From: Candidatus Latescibacterota bacterium
Lineage (GTDB): Bacteria > Latescibacterota > UBA2968 > GCA-2709665
Direction of reading: 5' to 3'
NCBI GenBank assembly: GCA_965205485.1
Contig: OZ242180.1
Span: 32,001 to 96,000, forward strand
DNA: 64,000 bases
In this document: in pieces, positions 49,143 through 58,713 of the stretch
Layout of the letters: every line of letters begins with the position of its first letter
Position numbering within the stretch: the first letter of the stretch is position 1
Made by a program: the position numbers and the translations under genes
Notes under the pieces: generated by a model
The model's database searches: none
What the model saw: the letters and a program-made list of their open reading frames with translations, nothing else
Told to the model about the DNA's origin: nothing

Positions 49143-51458
49143 TTAAAAGAACTGCGGACCGAACTGGAAATGGGTTACCATCTGCGGCTCCTGACCGTCA
49201 ACCCGCCGCCTGTCGAAACCCCACGCAAAGTCAAATCCCATAATGCCCACAACCGGAGCAATCATGCGAAATCCGACGCCAACCGACCGCCGCAGGTCAA
49301 AAATACTCGCTTCGGAAATACTGTCCCACGCATTGCCGGCGTCCGCAAAGGCAAGGGCGTAGAACTGCTGCTTTACAATGGGCAGCGTGAATTCCAGGTT
49401 GAAGAGCATCTGCGAGTTCCCGCCGTCCGGAACGCCGTTGATGCGCGGACCCAGCGATTGCTCGGGGTAACCCCGCACCATGGTGCCCTCGAAGATGTTC
49501 ACGCCCCCCGGAACGTAACGCTCGTTAAACGGCACGTCGGAGTTGTTATACGGCATCACGAGACCGAGGGTCGTCTTCAGATTCAGCGCAACACGCCATG
49601 CAACCGGAAAATAGAAACTGGTTATGATATCGTGCTTGAAGAAATCCGTATTTCCGCCCAGGGGGCCGCCGGCAAACGTCGGCGAGTAGGAAAACACGGA
49701 GCCGCTGGTTGGAAAAACCGGCAGGTCCCGGCTGTTGCGCGTGAAGTTCAGATTGACGCTGCTCGTCACATTGTCGCGAAAGGAAGTCTCCGCAGCCTCG
49801 TCGAAATCCTCGGCGAAATTCCGGAATTCAACCTGTTCGATGCGGTACCCGATGGAGACCCTGGAGAAATCGGGCCAGACCAGGCGGCGCCCGACACTGG
49901 CCAGGGCGCCCTGCCTGCGTTCGTCGAAGCCGCTGTAATACCGGCGGTTGGTTCTGAAGATCAGACCCTGCAGACTCGTTGGCGTGTTCAAGAACCAGGG
50001 CTCCGTAAATCCGGCCCTGAAGGACTGGCGCCTGTCTCCAAACTCCAGCTGAAATTCCAGTTGCTGTCCGTTGCCCATAAAGTTGGGAACCTGCAACGCG
50101 ATGGTCCCAAGTAGTCCGTCGTACTGGCTGTAGCCCGCGCCAACGGACGCCGTGCCGGTGGACTTCTCCTCAACTCCAAAGATCACGTCGAGCTCGGACG
50201 TCTCCTCTACGGGTTTCAGTTCCGGCGCAACGTTGCTGAAGTAGTTCAGCTGCTGAATATTCCTCACGCTGCGTTCGATACCGGACCTTCGGAAGGTCTG
50301 ACCCGGCCTTATCCAGAGCTCCCTTCGGATGACCCTGTCCTTCGTCTTGGTATTGCCCGAAATGGTAATCTGCCGGATCTTCCACGGCTTGTTCTCCACG
50401 ATGTCGAAGTGCACGTCGATCGTGTGCGGTGTCTCGGCCAGTCTCTCCTGGACCGCGACCGAAGCCGTGATATAGCCGATATCGCTGTACAGATTCTGGA
50501 TTTCCTCCTGGGATTTGTTCTTGAGTTCGGCGCTGTAGACCTCCCCTGCCTTGGCGACGATCATCCTGTCGATCCCCGCGTCCTTGACGCGCTCGTTACC
50601 CTCCCAGGTAATCTCGCCGAACGTGTAGAGGGGCCCTTCATCCAGGTACAGATCGATAAACAGATTTGCCTTCGCATCGTCGTAATACAGGCTGTCGCGA
50701 AGAATCTCCGCGTTCCGATACCCATTCGCCTGGTAAAACGCCAGCAGCGCCTGCTTGTCTTCCTGATAGGTATCTTCGGCGAACTGATTCCGGCGCAGTA
50801 TTCCGCCGACCTGCTTGGTTTCCTTCATCGCCTTTCGAAGCTTCTTGCCTTCGAACGACTCGTTGCCGAAGAACTGAATCCGGCGCAGCTTTACCTTCCG
50901 CCCCTCGCTGACTTTGAACGTGAGGTTGACCTGACCCTCATCATTCGGGTCGCCCTGCGTACCCTCGACGCTGGCGAGGAGGTATCCCTCTTCCTTGTAC
51001 AGGTCCACGATCTTGTTTTCCGCGCGCCTGACTTCGTGCGGCGACAGCCATTGTTTTTCGATGAAAGCCAGCGTCTTCTTCAGTTTCTTGGATTTGATCC
51101 CCTTGTTGCCCTCGAAGAGAACGTCGTCCAGCTTCGGATACTCCTTTACGACGATCAGAACGGCCACCCCTTCGTCCACGTCCGAATCGACGAAGACCTG
51201 GATATCCGAAAATATGTTCAATCGATGGAGATTGCGGATGACGCGCGGCGGATCGTCCGGCAGGATCAGGCGTTGTCCTTCCGCCAATCCCGAGGAGAAC
51301 CTGATCAGCGACGCTTCGGTGATCCGGTTTCCGGAGACTCTGATCTCGGAAATGAGCGGCGGCTCCTGCGCCTCCGCCGTCCGGGGAGACGTGAAGTTCA
51401 ACAGCACCAGAAGACATCCGAAGAAGATTCGCAACAAAGCCATTCGCCTCCGCAACAC
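49143..51458 (-). CDS. bamA: Outer membrane protein assembly factor
   Basis: POTRA repeats, GNTKTKDRVIRRE, VRGY, C-terminal F. Confidence 0.93.
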   Translation of the reverse strand: MLRRRMALLRIFFGCLLVLLNFTSPRTAEAQEPPLISEIRVSGNRITEASLIRFSSGLAEGQRLILPDDPPRVIRNLHRLNIFSDIQVFVDSDVDEGVAVLIVVKEYPKLDDVLFEGNKGIKSKKLKKTLAFIEKQWLSPHEVRRAENKIVDLYKEEGYLLASVEGTQGDPNDEGQVNLTFKVSEGRKVKLRRIQFFGNESFEGKKLRKAMKETKQVGGILRRNQFAEDTYQEDKQALLAFYQANGYRNAEILRDSLYYDDAKANLFIDLYLDEGPLYTFGEITWEGNERVKDAGIDRMIVAKAGEVYSAELKNKSQEEIQNLYSDIGYITASVAVQERLAETPHTIDVHFDIVENKPWKIRQITISGNTKTKDRVIRRELWIRPGQTFRRSGIERSVRNIQQLNYFSNVAPELKPVEETSELDVIFGVEEKSTGTASVGAGYSQYDGLLGTIALQVPNFMGNGQQLEFQLEFGDRRQSFRAGFTEPWFLNTPTSLQGLIFRTNRRYYSGFDERRQGALASVGRRLVWPDFSRVSIGYRIEQVEFRNFAEDFDEAAETSFRDNVTSSVNLNFTRNSRDLPVFPTSGSVFSYSPTFAGGPLGGNTDFFKHDIITSFYFPVAWRVALNLKTTLGLVMPYNNSDVPFNERYVPGGVNIFEGTMVRGYPEQSLGPRINGVPDGGNSQMLFNLEFTLPIVKQQFYALAFADAGNAWDSISEASIFDLRRSVGVGFRMIAPVVGIMGFDFAWGFDRRRVDGQEPQMVTHFQFGPQFF

Positions 51459-51467
51459 CGGTCAGAA

Positions 51468-51520
51468 AAGCGAGAATACGAGACTACGAGAAGGCAAAAC
51501 CACGAGAATACGAAACTGCC
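51468..51520. repeat. Degenerate 8-bp tandem repeat (ACGAGAAT/ACGAGACT)
   Basis: Same unit as 57768-57925. Confidence 0.55.
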
Positions 51521-51699
51521 AAAAAAACCCCTGGCTGAGATGAATTGCCACAATCGAACAAACGCTCCGTCATATCAAAAGTTCCTGCTATCGCCTGTAC
51601 GACAAAATTGGGCCCGGCCGTACGTCCGGGCCCAACTGGTCATCATCGCAGTGTATCGAGGGCAAAAACTGACAGCCCGCCCATGCGCCAGGCGCTGTT

Positions 51700-54162
51700 T
51701 TATTCCTCCGAAACACGGTCCACCACTTTCTGGTCGGCGGCAACCGCATTGGCATCCACAAAATGGAGCCCGTCACCTTTCTTGCTGATGCGCACCTCAC
51801 TCCCGGCGGTGTATTTGCCCTGCAGTATCTCTTCCGCCATTGGATCTTCCACCAGTTTCTGTATGGTGCGCTTCAGCTGACGCGCGCCGTAAGTGGGGTC
51901 GTATCCCTTTTCAGCCAGAAGCGCCTTGGCGCCCGGCGTCAGACTGATCGCGATATCCCGCTCCTTGAGGCGATCGAAGATTTCGGCAACTTCGAGATCC
52001 ACGATCTGGATAATCTCTTTCCGTTCCAGGGGATTGAAGACAACCATCTCGTCCAGCCGGTTCAGGAACTCCGGATTGAACGTCTTCTTCAGTTCCTCCT
52101 CTACGCGCTCCACCATCTTTTCGCGAATGCTCTTCTTGTCGGACCGGTTGAAGCCAAGTCCTCCGGCCTTCGCCAGGTCGCGCGTGCCGAGGTTGGAAGT
52201 CATGATCAATATGGTATTCTTGAAGTTGACCTTCCGTCCGAAACTGTCGGTAAGACGCCCCTCGTCCAGGACCTGCAAAAGCAGGTTGAAGACGTCCGGA
52301 TGGGCTTTTTCAATCTCATCAAGCAGGACCACCGAGTATGGCTTCCTGCGGACTTTCTCCGTCAACTGGCCGCCCTCGTCGTAGCCCACGTATCCGGGTG
52401 GCGCACCGATGAGCCGGGAAACCGCGAACTTTTCCATGTATTCGGACATGTCCACCGTGATGAGCGCATCCTCGTCGTCGAACAGGTACCCGGCCAGCGC
52501 CTGCGCCAGATAGGTCTTACCCACGCCGGTGGGTCCCAGAAACAGAAAAGTTCCAATGGGACGATTGGGGTCTTTCAGTCCCGCCCGCGTTCGGCGTATG
52601 GAGCGGCAGACCGTGTCGACAGCGTCGTCCTGGCCGACCACGCGGCCCTTCACCTTCTCGCCCATGCGAAGCAGCTTTTCCGATTCCTCCTGCGCAAGCC
52701 GGAACGCCGGAATTCCCGTCATGCTGGAAACCACTTCCGCGATATCCTGCTCGGTCACCTCCACCACTTCGTCGCGGACCTTCTGCTCCCACTCCTGGCG
52801 CATTTCGTCGACCTGTTCCTTCAGCTTGCGTTCCTGATCTCTCAGCTTGGCCGCTTCTTCGAACTGCTGGCTGTTCGCAGCCGCGTTCTTCTTCCGCGTG
52901 ATGTCCTCGATTTCGAGCTCGAGCGTCTTGATTTCCTCAGGCGGATTCAGCCGGCCCAGGCGGACGCGGGAACCCGTTTCGTCGATCACGTCTATCGCCT
53001 TGTCCGGCAGGTGCCGGTCGCTGATGTAACGGTCCGCCATGCGGACGGCGCTATCAACGGCGGCCTCTGTATAGGTGACCAGATGGTGGGCCTCGAATTT
53101 CTCCTTCAGTCCCTTCAGGATATCAACTGCGTCGTCGACCGACGGCGAATCGACCAGTATGGTCTGAAAGCGCCGTTCCAGCGCGCCGTCCTTTTCGATG
53201 TATTTGCGGTATTCGTCAAGCGTTGTCGCGCCGATGCACTGTAGTTCGCCCCTCGAAAACGCCGGCTTGAACATATTGGACGCGTCGAGCGTTCCTTCGG
53301 CGCTTCCGGCGCCTACGATCGTGTGCAGCTCATCGATGAAGATGATGACGTCCTTGCTCTGCTGGAGTTCGTTCATCACCGCCTTGATGCGCTCTTCGAA
53401 CTGACCGCGGTATTTGGTGCCCGCGACCATGCCGCCCATATCCAGCGTGACCATGCGCTTGTCTGCCAGCAACTGCGGCACCCGCCGCTCCACGATGCGC
53501 TGGGCGAGTCCTTCGACGATCGCTGTCTTCCCCACGCCGGGTTCGCCGATCAGCACCGGGTTGTTCTTCTTCCGGCGGCTGAGCACCTGCGATACCCGCT
53601 CAATTTCCCGCTCCCTGCCAATCACCGGGTCGAGCTTGCCCTCGCGCGCCAGTTCCGTCAGGTCGCGACCGAAATGATCCAGATAGGGGGTCTTGCTTTT
53701 CTTCTTCTCCCGTTTGCCCGTCGGTTTCCCTTGCAAAACAGCAATCACCTCCTCCTTCACGGTCTTGTAGTCGACGCCGAACCCCACAAGAATCTGCGCG
53801 GCGATCGTCTCCTTGTCCTTCACCAGCGCCACCAGCAGATGACAGGTCCTTACGTATTGACTCTTCATTTCTTTGGCTTCGGCGGCCGCTATTTCGAGAA
53901 TCTGTTTTGCCCGCGGCGTGAAAGGCACGTCCCCCATGGTCATCGACCCGCCGGAGTACGCGACATAGTCGTCAATCGACTGTTTGATCTTGTCCAGGTT
54001 CAACCCCAGATTCAACATCACGTTAACGGCCGAACCCTTTCCCTCCCGGATAATGCCGAGCAAGAGGTGCTCGCTGCTGACGTGGTTATTGCCGAGCCGG
54101 GCCGCCTCCTCACGGACCAGCCGCATCACCCGCTTCACCCGATCCGAGAACCTGCTGTTCAT
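51700..54162 (-). CDS. clpC: ATP-dependent Clp protease ATP-binding subunit
   Basis: Clp N-domain, [11 protein letters not shown] domain, GPTGVGKT. Confidence 0.95.
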   Translation of the reverse strand: MNSRFSDRVKRVMRLVREEAARLGNNHVSSEHLLLGIIREGKGSAVNVMLNLGLNLDKIKQSIDDYVAYSGGSMTMGDVPFTPRAKQILEIAAAEAKEMKSQYVRTCHLLVALVKDKETIAAQILVGFGVDYKTVKEEVIAVLQGKPTGKREKKKSKTPYLDHFGRDLTELAREGKLDPVIGREREIERVSQVLSRRKKNNPVLIGEPGVGKTAIVEGLAQRIVERRVPQLLADKRMVTLDMGGMVAGTKYRGQFEERIKAVMNELQQSKDVIIFIDELHTIVGAGSAEGTLDASNMFKPAFSRGELQCIGATTLDEYRKYIEKDGALERRFQTILVDSPSVDDAVDILKGLKEKFEAHHLVTYTEAAVDSAVRMADRYISDRHLPDKAIDVIDETGSRVRLGRLNPPEEIKTLELEIEDITRKKNAAANSQQFEEAAKLRDQERKLKEQVDEMRQEWEQKVRDEVVEVTEQDIAEVVSSMTGIPAFRLAQEESEKLLRMGEKVKGRVVGQDDAVDTVCRSIRRTRAGLKDPNRPIGTFLFLGPTGVGKTYLAQALAGYLFDDEDALITVDMSEYMEKFAVSRLIGAPPGYVGYDEGGQLTEKVRRKPYSVVLLDEIEKAHPDVFNLLLQVLDEGRLTDSFGRKVNFKNTILIMTSNLGTRDLAKAGGLGFNRSDKKSIREKMVERVEEELKKTFNPEFLNRLDEMVVFNPLERKEIIQIVDLEVAEIFDRLKERDIAISLTPGAKALLAEKGYDPTYGARQLKRTIQKLVEDPMAEEILQGKYTAGSEVRISKKGDGLHFVDANAVAADQKVVDRVSEE

Positions 54163-54286
54163 AAGATAAATCTCCTCGTGGACCTGCCTGCCCCGGCGTC
54201 TCAAAACAAGACATCGACGCAAAATGCGAGCATGTTGATTCACGCTGTTGTTTGCCTGCGGAAGGGCGTTGAAACCCCGCACCGCA

Positions 54287-54967
54287 TCAGCCGTCGCCGA
54301 CGATTCTTCCGTCTTCCATCCGGATAGTCCGATCCGCCCTCGCGGCCAGCGCCTGGTCGTGCGTGGCGATGACGAACGTCTGTTTCAGACTGCCCGCGAG
54401 ACGCCAGATCAGATCGTGCAATTCCCGGCTGTGCTCCGCGTCCAGGTTGCCGGAAGGTTCGTCCGCCAGGACCAGCCTCGGCCGCCCGACCAGCGCCCTG
54501 GCAACCGCAACGCGCTGGGATTCTCCGCCAGACAGTTCGGAGGGCAGATGCGCGCGTCGCTCGAAGAGCCCGACCGCATTCAACAGTTCCCCGGCTGCAG
54601 CCCGCGCTTCGGAGACGGGACGCCCCTGAATCATCAGGGGCAGCATCACGTTTTCTTCCGCGGTAAAATCGTTGAGTAAATGGTGAAACTGAAAGACAAA
54701 ACCAACGGATTCGTTTCTGAACCGCGCCCGCTCCGTATCCGTAAGCGCGAAGACATCGTTGCCGTCCACCCGAACCGTTCCGCCGGTAGGGCGATCCAGC
54801 CCACCCAGTATGTGCAGGAGGGTACTCTTGCCGACACCGGAAGGGCCAACCACCGCAACCACCTCACCGCGCGCGACGGAAAGGGCGACACCTTTGAGCA
54901 CCTGAATTTCGGAACCGCCGACGCGGTACCGCTTGACCAGATCCGCAGCCTCGAGCAGGCTACGCAT
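54287..54967 (-). CDS. lolD: LolD-like ABC ATPase
   Basis: GPSGVGKST, GFVFQFHHLL, ADEPSGNLD. Confidence 0.85.
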   Translation of the reverse strand: MRSLLEAADLVKRYRVGGSEIQVLKGVALSVARGEVVAVVGPSGVGKSTLLHILGGLDRPTGGTVRVDGNDVFALTDTERARFRNESVGFVFQFHHLLNDFTAEENVMLPLMIQGRPVSEARAAAGELLNAVGLFERRAHLPSELSGGESQRVAVARALVGRPRLVLADEPSGNLDAEHSRELHDLIWRLAGSLKQTFVIATHDQALAARADRTIRMEDGRIVGDG

Positions 54968-56504
54968 CGCCGGCCGTCTCCGGTCGGCCCTCCTCGGGCC
55001 TCATATGCGGAAAGAGGATGACGTCCCGGATCGAACGCGCGTCGGTCAGCAGCATCACAAGCCTGTCCACGCCGAACCCCATCCCGCCCGTAGGCGGCAT
55101 GCCATACTCCATTGCCCTCAGAAAGTCGGCGTCGAGGACCTGCGCTTCTTCATCCCCGCTCTCTCTGAGGGAGGCCTGGTACTCGAATCGTTTCCGCTGA
55201 TCGATCGGATCGTTGAGCTCGGAAAACGCGTTGGCCGCCTCCCATCCGCAGATGAAAGGCTCGAACCGTTCCGTGAGCTCCGGGTTGTCCCGGTGCCGTT
55301 TTGCCAGCGGCGACATCTCCAGGGGGTAATCCGTTATGAACGTGGGTTGAATCAGACGGGGTTGAACGACCGCCTCGAATATCTCATCCATCAGATGCCC
55401 TCGGCGTGCGTTGTCGTCCACCTCGAGGTCCAATTGCCGGCAGATTTCTCTCAGCTCCTCCACATTAGCGCCGGCGACGTTGAAGCCGCCGTGAGTCTTG
55501 ATGGCGTCCAGAAGCGTCATCCGCCGCCAGGGCGGGCCAAGATCGATCTCCGTCCCCTGATAGACGACCGTGCTGGATCCCGTAACCGATTCGGCGACCG
55601 ACGCGAACAGCGACTCGGTCAGCGCCATCATGTCGGTGTAGTCGGCGTACGCCTGATAGGCCTCCAGCATGGTGAATTCGGGATTGTGCGTGCGGTCGAT
55701 ACCTTCGTTCCGGAAATCCCGGCTGAATTCGTAGACCTTTTCGAATCCGCCCACAATCAGACGCTTCAGATAGAGCTCATTCGAAATCCGCAGATAGAGC
55801 TTCATATCCAGCGCGTTGTGATGCGTGGTGAAGGGCCGGGCTGAAGCTCCGCCATACAGCGGCTGCAAAACCGGCGTGTCGGCCTCCAGAAACCCGCGGG
55901 CGTCAAAAAAATCGCGAATGGCGGAAAAAGTCGCCGTCCGCTTGCGAAACACATCCTTGACTTCGGGGTTCAGCGTCAGGTCGAGGTATCGGCGCCGGTA
56001 TCGCAGTTCGGGGTCGGCGAAGGCGTCGTGGACAACCCGCTGACCGTCTTTCACTTCTTCCTTGGGCACCGGCAGCGGCCGCACGGCCTTGGACAGCATC
56101 TCCAATGCGTGCGCTTTCACCGTCATCTCACCCGTACGGGTCCGGAAAACCGGACCGCCGATGCCTACGAAATCTCCAATGTCGAGCAATTTCCAAAGAT
56201 CGAACGCCGTTTCACCCACCGCATCACGTCTGACGTAGATCTGAATCCGGCCCGTTTCATCCAGGAGATCGGCAAAGGCCGACTTGCCGTGGTCCCTTCT
56301 GGCCATCAGACGCCCCGCCACCGACACGTCCCGCCCGTCCGCCTCGAGCGTCTCAAAACTCTCCGTGATTTCCCCGGAACGATGGGTCACTTCGAACCGA
56401 TACGGAAACGGCTCCACGCCCATTTCACGAATCGAGTCCAGCTTCTGCAGACGCTGGGCGACCAGTTGCGATTCCGGGGCGGAAGACGCCCCTTCCTGAG
56501 CCAA
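54960..56504 (-). CDS. lysS: Lysine--tRNA ligase (class II)
   Basis: RYRRRYLDL, FRNEGIDRTHNPEF, GMPPTGGMGFGVDRL. Confidence 0.97.
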   Translation of the reverse strand: MAQEGASSAPESQLVAQRLQKLDSIREMGVEPFPYRFEVTHRSGEITESFETLEADGRDVSVAGRLMARRDHGKSAFADLLDETGRIQIYVRRDAVGETAFDLWKLLDIGDFVGIGGPVFRTRTGEMTVKAHALEMLSKAVRPLPVPKEEVKDGQRVVHDAFADPELRYRRRYLDLTLNPEVKDVFRKRTATFSAIRDFFDARGFLEADTPVLQPLYGGASARPFTTHHNALDMKLYLRISNELYLKRLIVGGFEKVYEFSRDFRNEGIDRTHNPEFTMLEAYQAYADYTDMMALTESLFASVAESVTGSSTVVYQGTEIDLGPPWRRMTLLDAIKTHGGFNVAGANVEELREICRQLDLEVDDNARRGHLMDEIFEAVVQPRLIQPTFITDYPLEMSPLAKRHRDNPELTERFEPFICGWEAANAFSELNDPIDQRKRFEYQASLRESGDEEAQVLDADFLRAMEYGMPPTGGMGFGVDRLVMLLTDARSIRDVILFPHMRPEEGRPETAGDA

Positions 56505-56588
56505 TCGGATTCCTCCCGACTTAATAAAACTGTCTTAAAATAACCGGTTGATCATCTACCGGCAGCGTCCGGGCTATACAATAAAAAT

Positions 56589-56617
56589 AGTATAATCAAT
56601 ACAAAAAGTGAAGTCAA
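56589..56617 (-). promoter_or_regulatory. Sigma70 promoter for lysS
   Basis: TTGACT-N17-TATACT on the minus strand. Confidence 0.7.
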
Positions 56618-56634
56618 GCCCTTTGCCCGGACAA

Positions 56635-57751
56635 TCAGGCCTCCCCTTTCCGTTCCAGAAATGCCCGCATGAATCCGTCCAGGTCCCCGTCCATCACGTC
56701 CTGAACGCCGGATGTTTCGTACTCGGTCCGAAGGTCCTTGACGAGCTGATAGGGATGGAGTACGTAGTTGCGGACCTGGCTGCCGAACTCGATCTTCTTC
56801 TTGTCCTTTTCGATCTTCGCGCGGGCTTTTTCTTCCTCCTCCTTGTAGAGCTGATACAGCCTGGCTTTAAGGATCTTCATTGCCGAGCTTCGGTTCTTGT
56901 GCTGTGACCGTTCGTTCTGACACTGGACCACAATGCCGGTGGGATGGTGCGTAATCCGCACGGCCGAATCGGTCTTGTTCACATGCTGCCCGCCCGCACC
57001 GCTGGACCGGTAGGTATCCACGCGGATATCCTCCGGCTGGATTTCCACCTCGATATCTCCCTCGGCCTCGGGATACACCGAGACCGACGCGAACGACGTG
57101 TGACGCCTGCGGCCGGAGTCGAACGGAGACAGCCTGACGAGCCGATGCACGCCCATTTCGGACTTGAGATAACCGTAAGCGTATTCTCCCTTCATCTCTA
57201 TGGCCACGCTCTTGATGCCCGCCGTCTCCCCCGGCAGAAGGTCCAGCACATCCGCATGGAAACCGCGGCGCTCGGCCCATCGGGTGTACATTCTCATCAG
57301 CATTTGCGCCCAGTCGGCCGATTCCGTACCACCCGCGCCGGGATGAATCGTCAGTATCGCATCCAGGCGGTCCTCCTTGTCGCCCATCATGTGCCGGAAC
57401 TCGAGCTCCTCGAGCGACCCGCCCAGCGCCCGTTGTTCCCGCTGGAGATCCTGCAACGTCTCGTCGTCCTGCTCCTCCCGGGCAAGTTCGTACAACTCCT
57501 CCAGTTCCGTGAGGCGTTCATCCAGGTCCTGCCAGCCGGTGACCCAATCCTTATGCCCGTTCACCTCATCGATGATCCGCCTCGCCCGCTCCCTGTCGTC
57601 CCAGAATCCGGGACGCTCCATCAATCGCTCCAGTTCGGCAATGCGGGTTTCCCGGGATTCCAGGTCAAAGATACCTCCGGAGATTCTCCAGCCGGTCGCG
57701 ACATGACGCCATTCCGGATTTCAGATCGGTATACTGCATTTCGACTGCCAT
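56635..57751 (-). CDS. prfB: Peptide chain release factor 2 with programmed +1 frameshift
   Basis: SPF and GGQ motifs; first segment MAVEMQ...RRYL then CTT TGA C (57670-57664) preceded by internal SD GGAGG. Confidence 0.96.
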
Positions 57752-57767
57752 AAACGCCAACTCCTCT

Positions 57768-57983
57768 ACGAATAGACGAGACTACGAATGGACGAGATAC
57801 GGAAACGAAACTACGAGACTACGAAAAGGCGAAAAACGCGAATAGACGAAACTACGAGACTACGAAAAAGCGAAACTACGAAACGGCGAGACTGCGAAAC
57901 TACGAGTAGACGAAACTACGAAAGAGCGGGAATACATCATTCGTCGTATGGTTTTCTCGTATTCTCGTATTCTCGCATTTCGG
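57768..57983. repeat. Degenerate 8-bp tandem array plus a short inverted array
   Basis: (ACGAAACT/ACGAGACT)n over ~155 bp; TCTCGTAT repeats at ~57955-57980. Confidence 0.75.
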
Positions 57984-57992
57984 TCGCTGGGT

Positions 57993-58661
57993 TCACCTCA
58001 GGTCGATGACCTCGACGCCATCCGGCGGCACGAAAGTGAACAGGTCCGGCTTCAGCTTTCCGTCCACCTTCAGGCGCGAAATATCGTAGGTGGTTACATC
58101 CTCGTTCAGATTGAGATACTCCGCACGCCGGACCAGCCAGAGCTTTCGGTCCACCCACAACCTGACGCGGGTGATATAGCTCTCCTCCTGCAGGGCCGTC
58201 AATTCCACGCGGTAACAGCGCCTGCCATCCACGCTCTCCACTCCCGCGAGCCGGGGCTCGTAGCGGTCCTCGTACCCTCCCAGCAGAATGAGGTCGAAGA
58301 GCAGTTTTTCGTAGCTTCGGTCGCCCTTCGCCCGATCGTAACCGCTCAGCAGGACCTGTTCATTCTCGGGTGTATAGTTCCAGGCGCTTTCTCCATCCGA
58401 CACCACGGTCTGAACCCGCGTTTCGAAGCGAAACCGGTTCGGTTTCTCCACGTACAGGTTGCCGCTCAGCTGTGTCTTCTGGTCCACGAGTTTCCAGTAG
58501 TGAGATTTCGTGAACCGGGCGGAAATGCTCGTGAGCTTTTCATATCGCTCCTGCTGACGGCGAATCACCTCGCGCCCGTCGATGCCCGGCACGTCCGCCG
58601 GTATCAGGAGCGCGCCCGTGAACAATATCAATTTAAGCCGTCCAGCGGCCATGCGCCTCAC
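57993..58661 (-). CDS. lolA: Outer membrane lipoprotein carrier protein
   Basis: KPNRFRFE, VSDG, FTFVPPDGVEVID; follows ftsK. Confidence 0.85.
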   Translation of the reverse strand: MRRMAAGRLKLILFTGALLIPADVPGIDGREVIRRQQERYEKLTSISARFTKSHYWKLVDQKTQLSGNLYVEKPNRFRFETRVQTVVSDGESAWNYTPENEQVLLSGYDRAKGDRSYEKLLFDLILLGGYEDRYEPRLAGVESVDGRRCYRVELTALQEESYITRVRLWVDRKLWLVRRAEYLNLNEDVTTYDISRLKVDGKLKPDLFTFVPPDGVEVIDLR

Positions 58662-58713
58662 CTCTTGTCAATTGCCCGCGAAGGGAGCCCCGGCACCGTT
58701 TTCTTTCCGGTAC

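Noticed and set aside
57660..57680. Apparent prfB pseudogene
   Set aside because: Canonical programmed frameshift (SD plus CTT TGA C); well known.
57768..57925. Possible CRISPR array
   Set aside because: Degenerate 8-bp period, no repeat-spacer structure and no cas genes.
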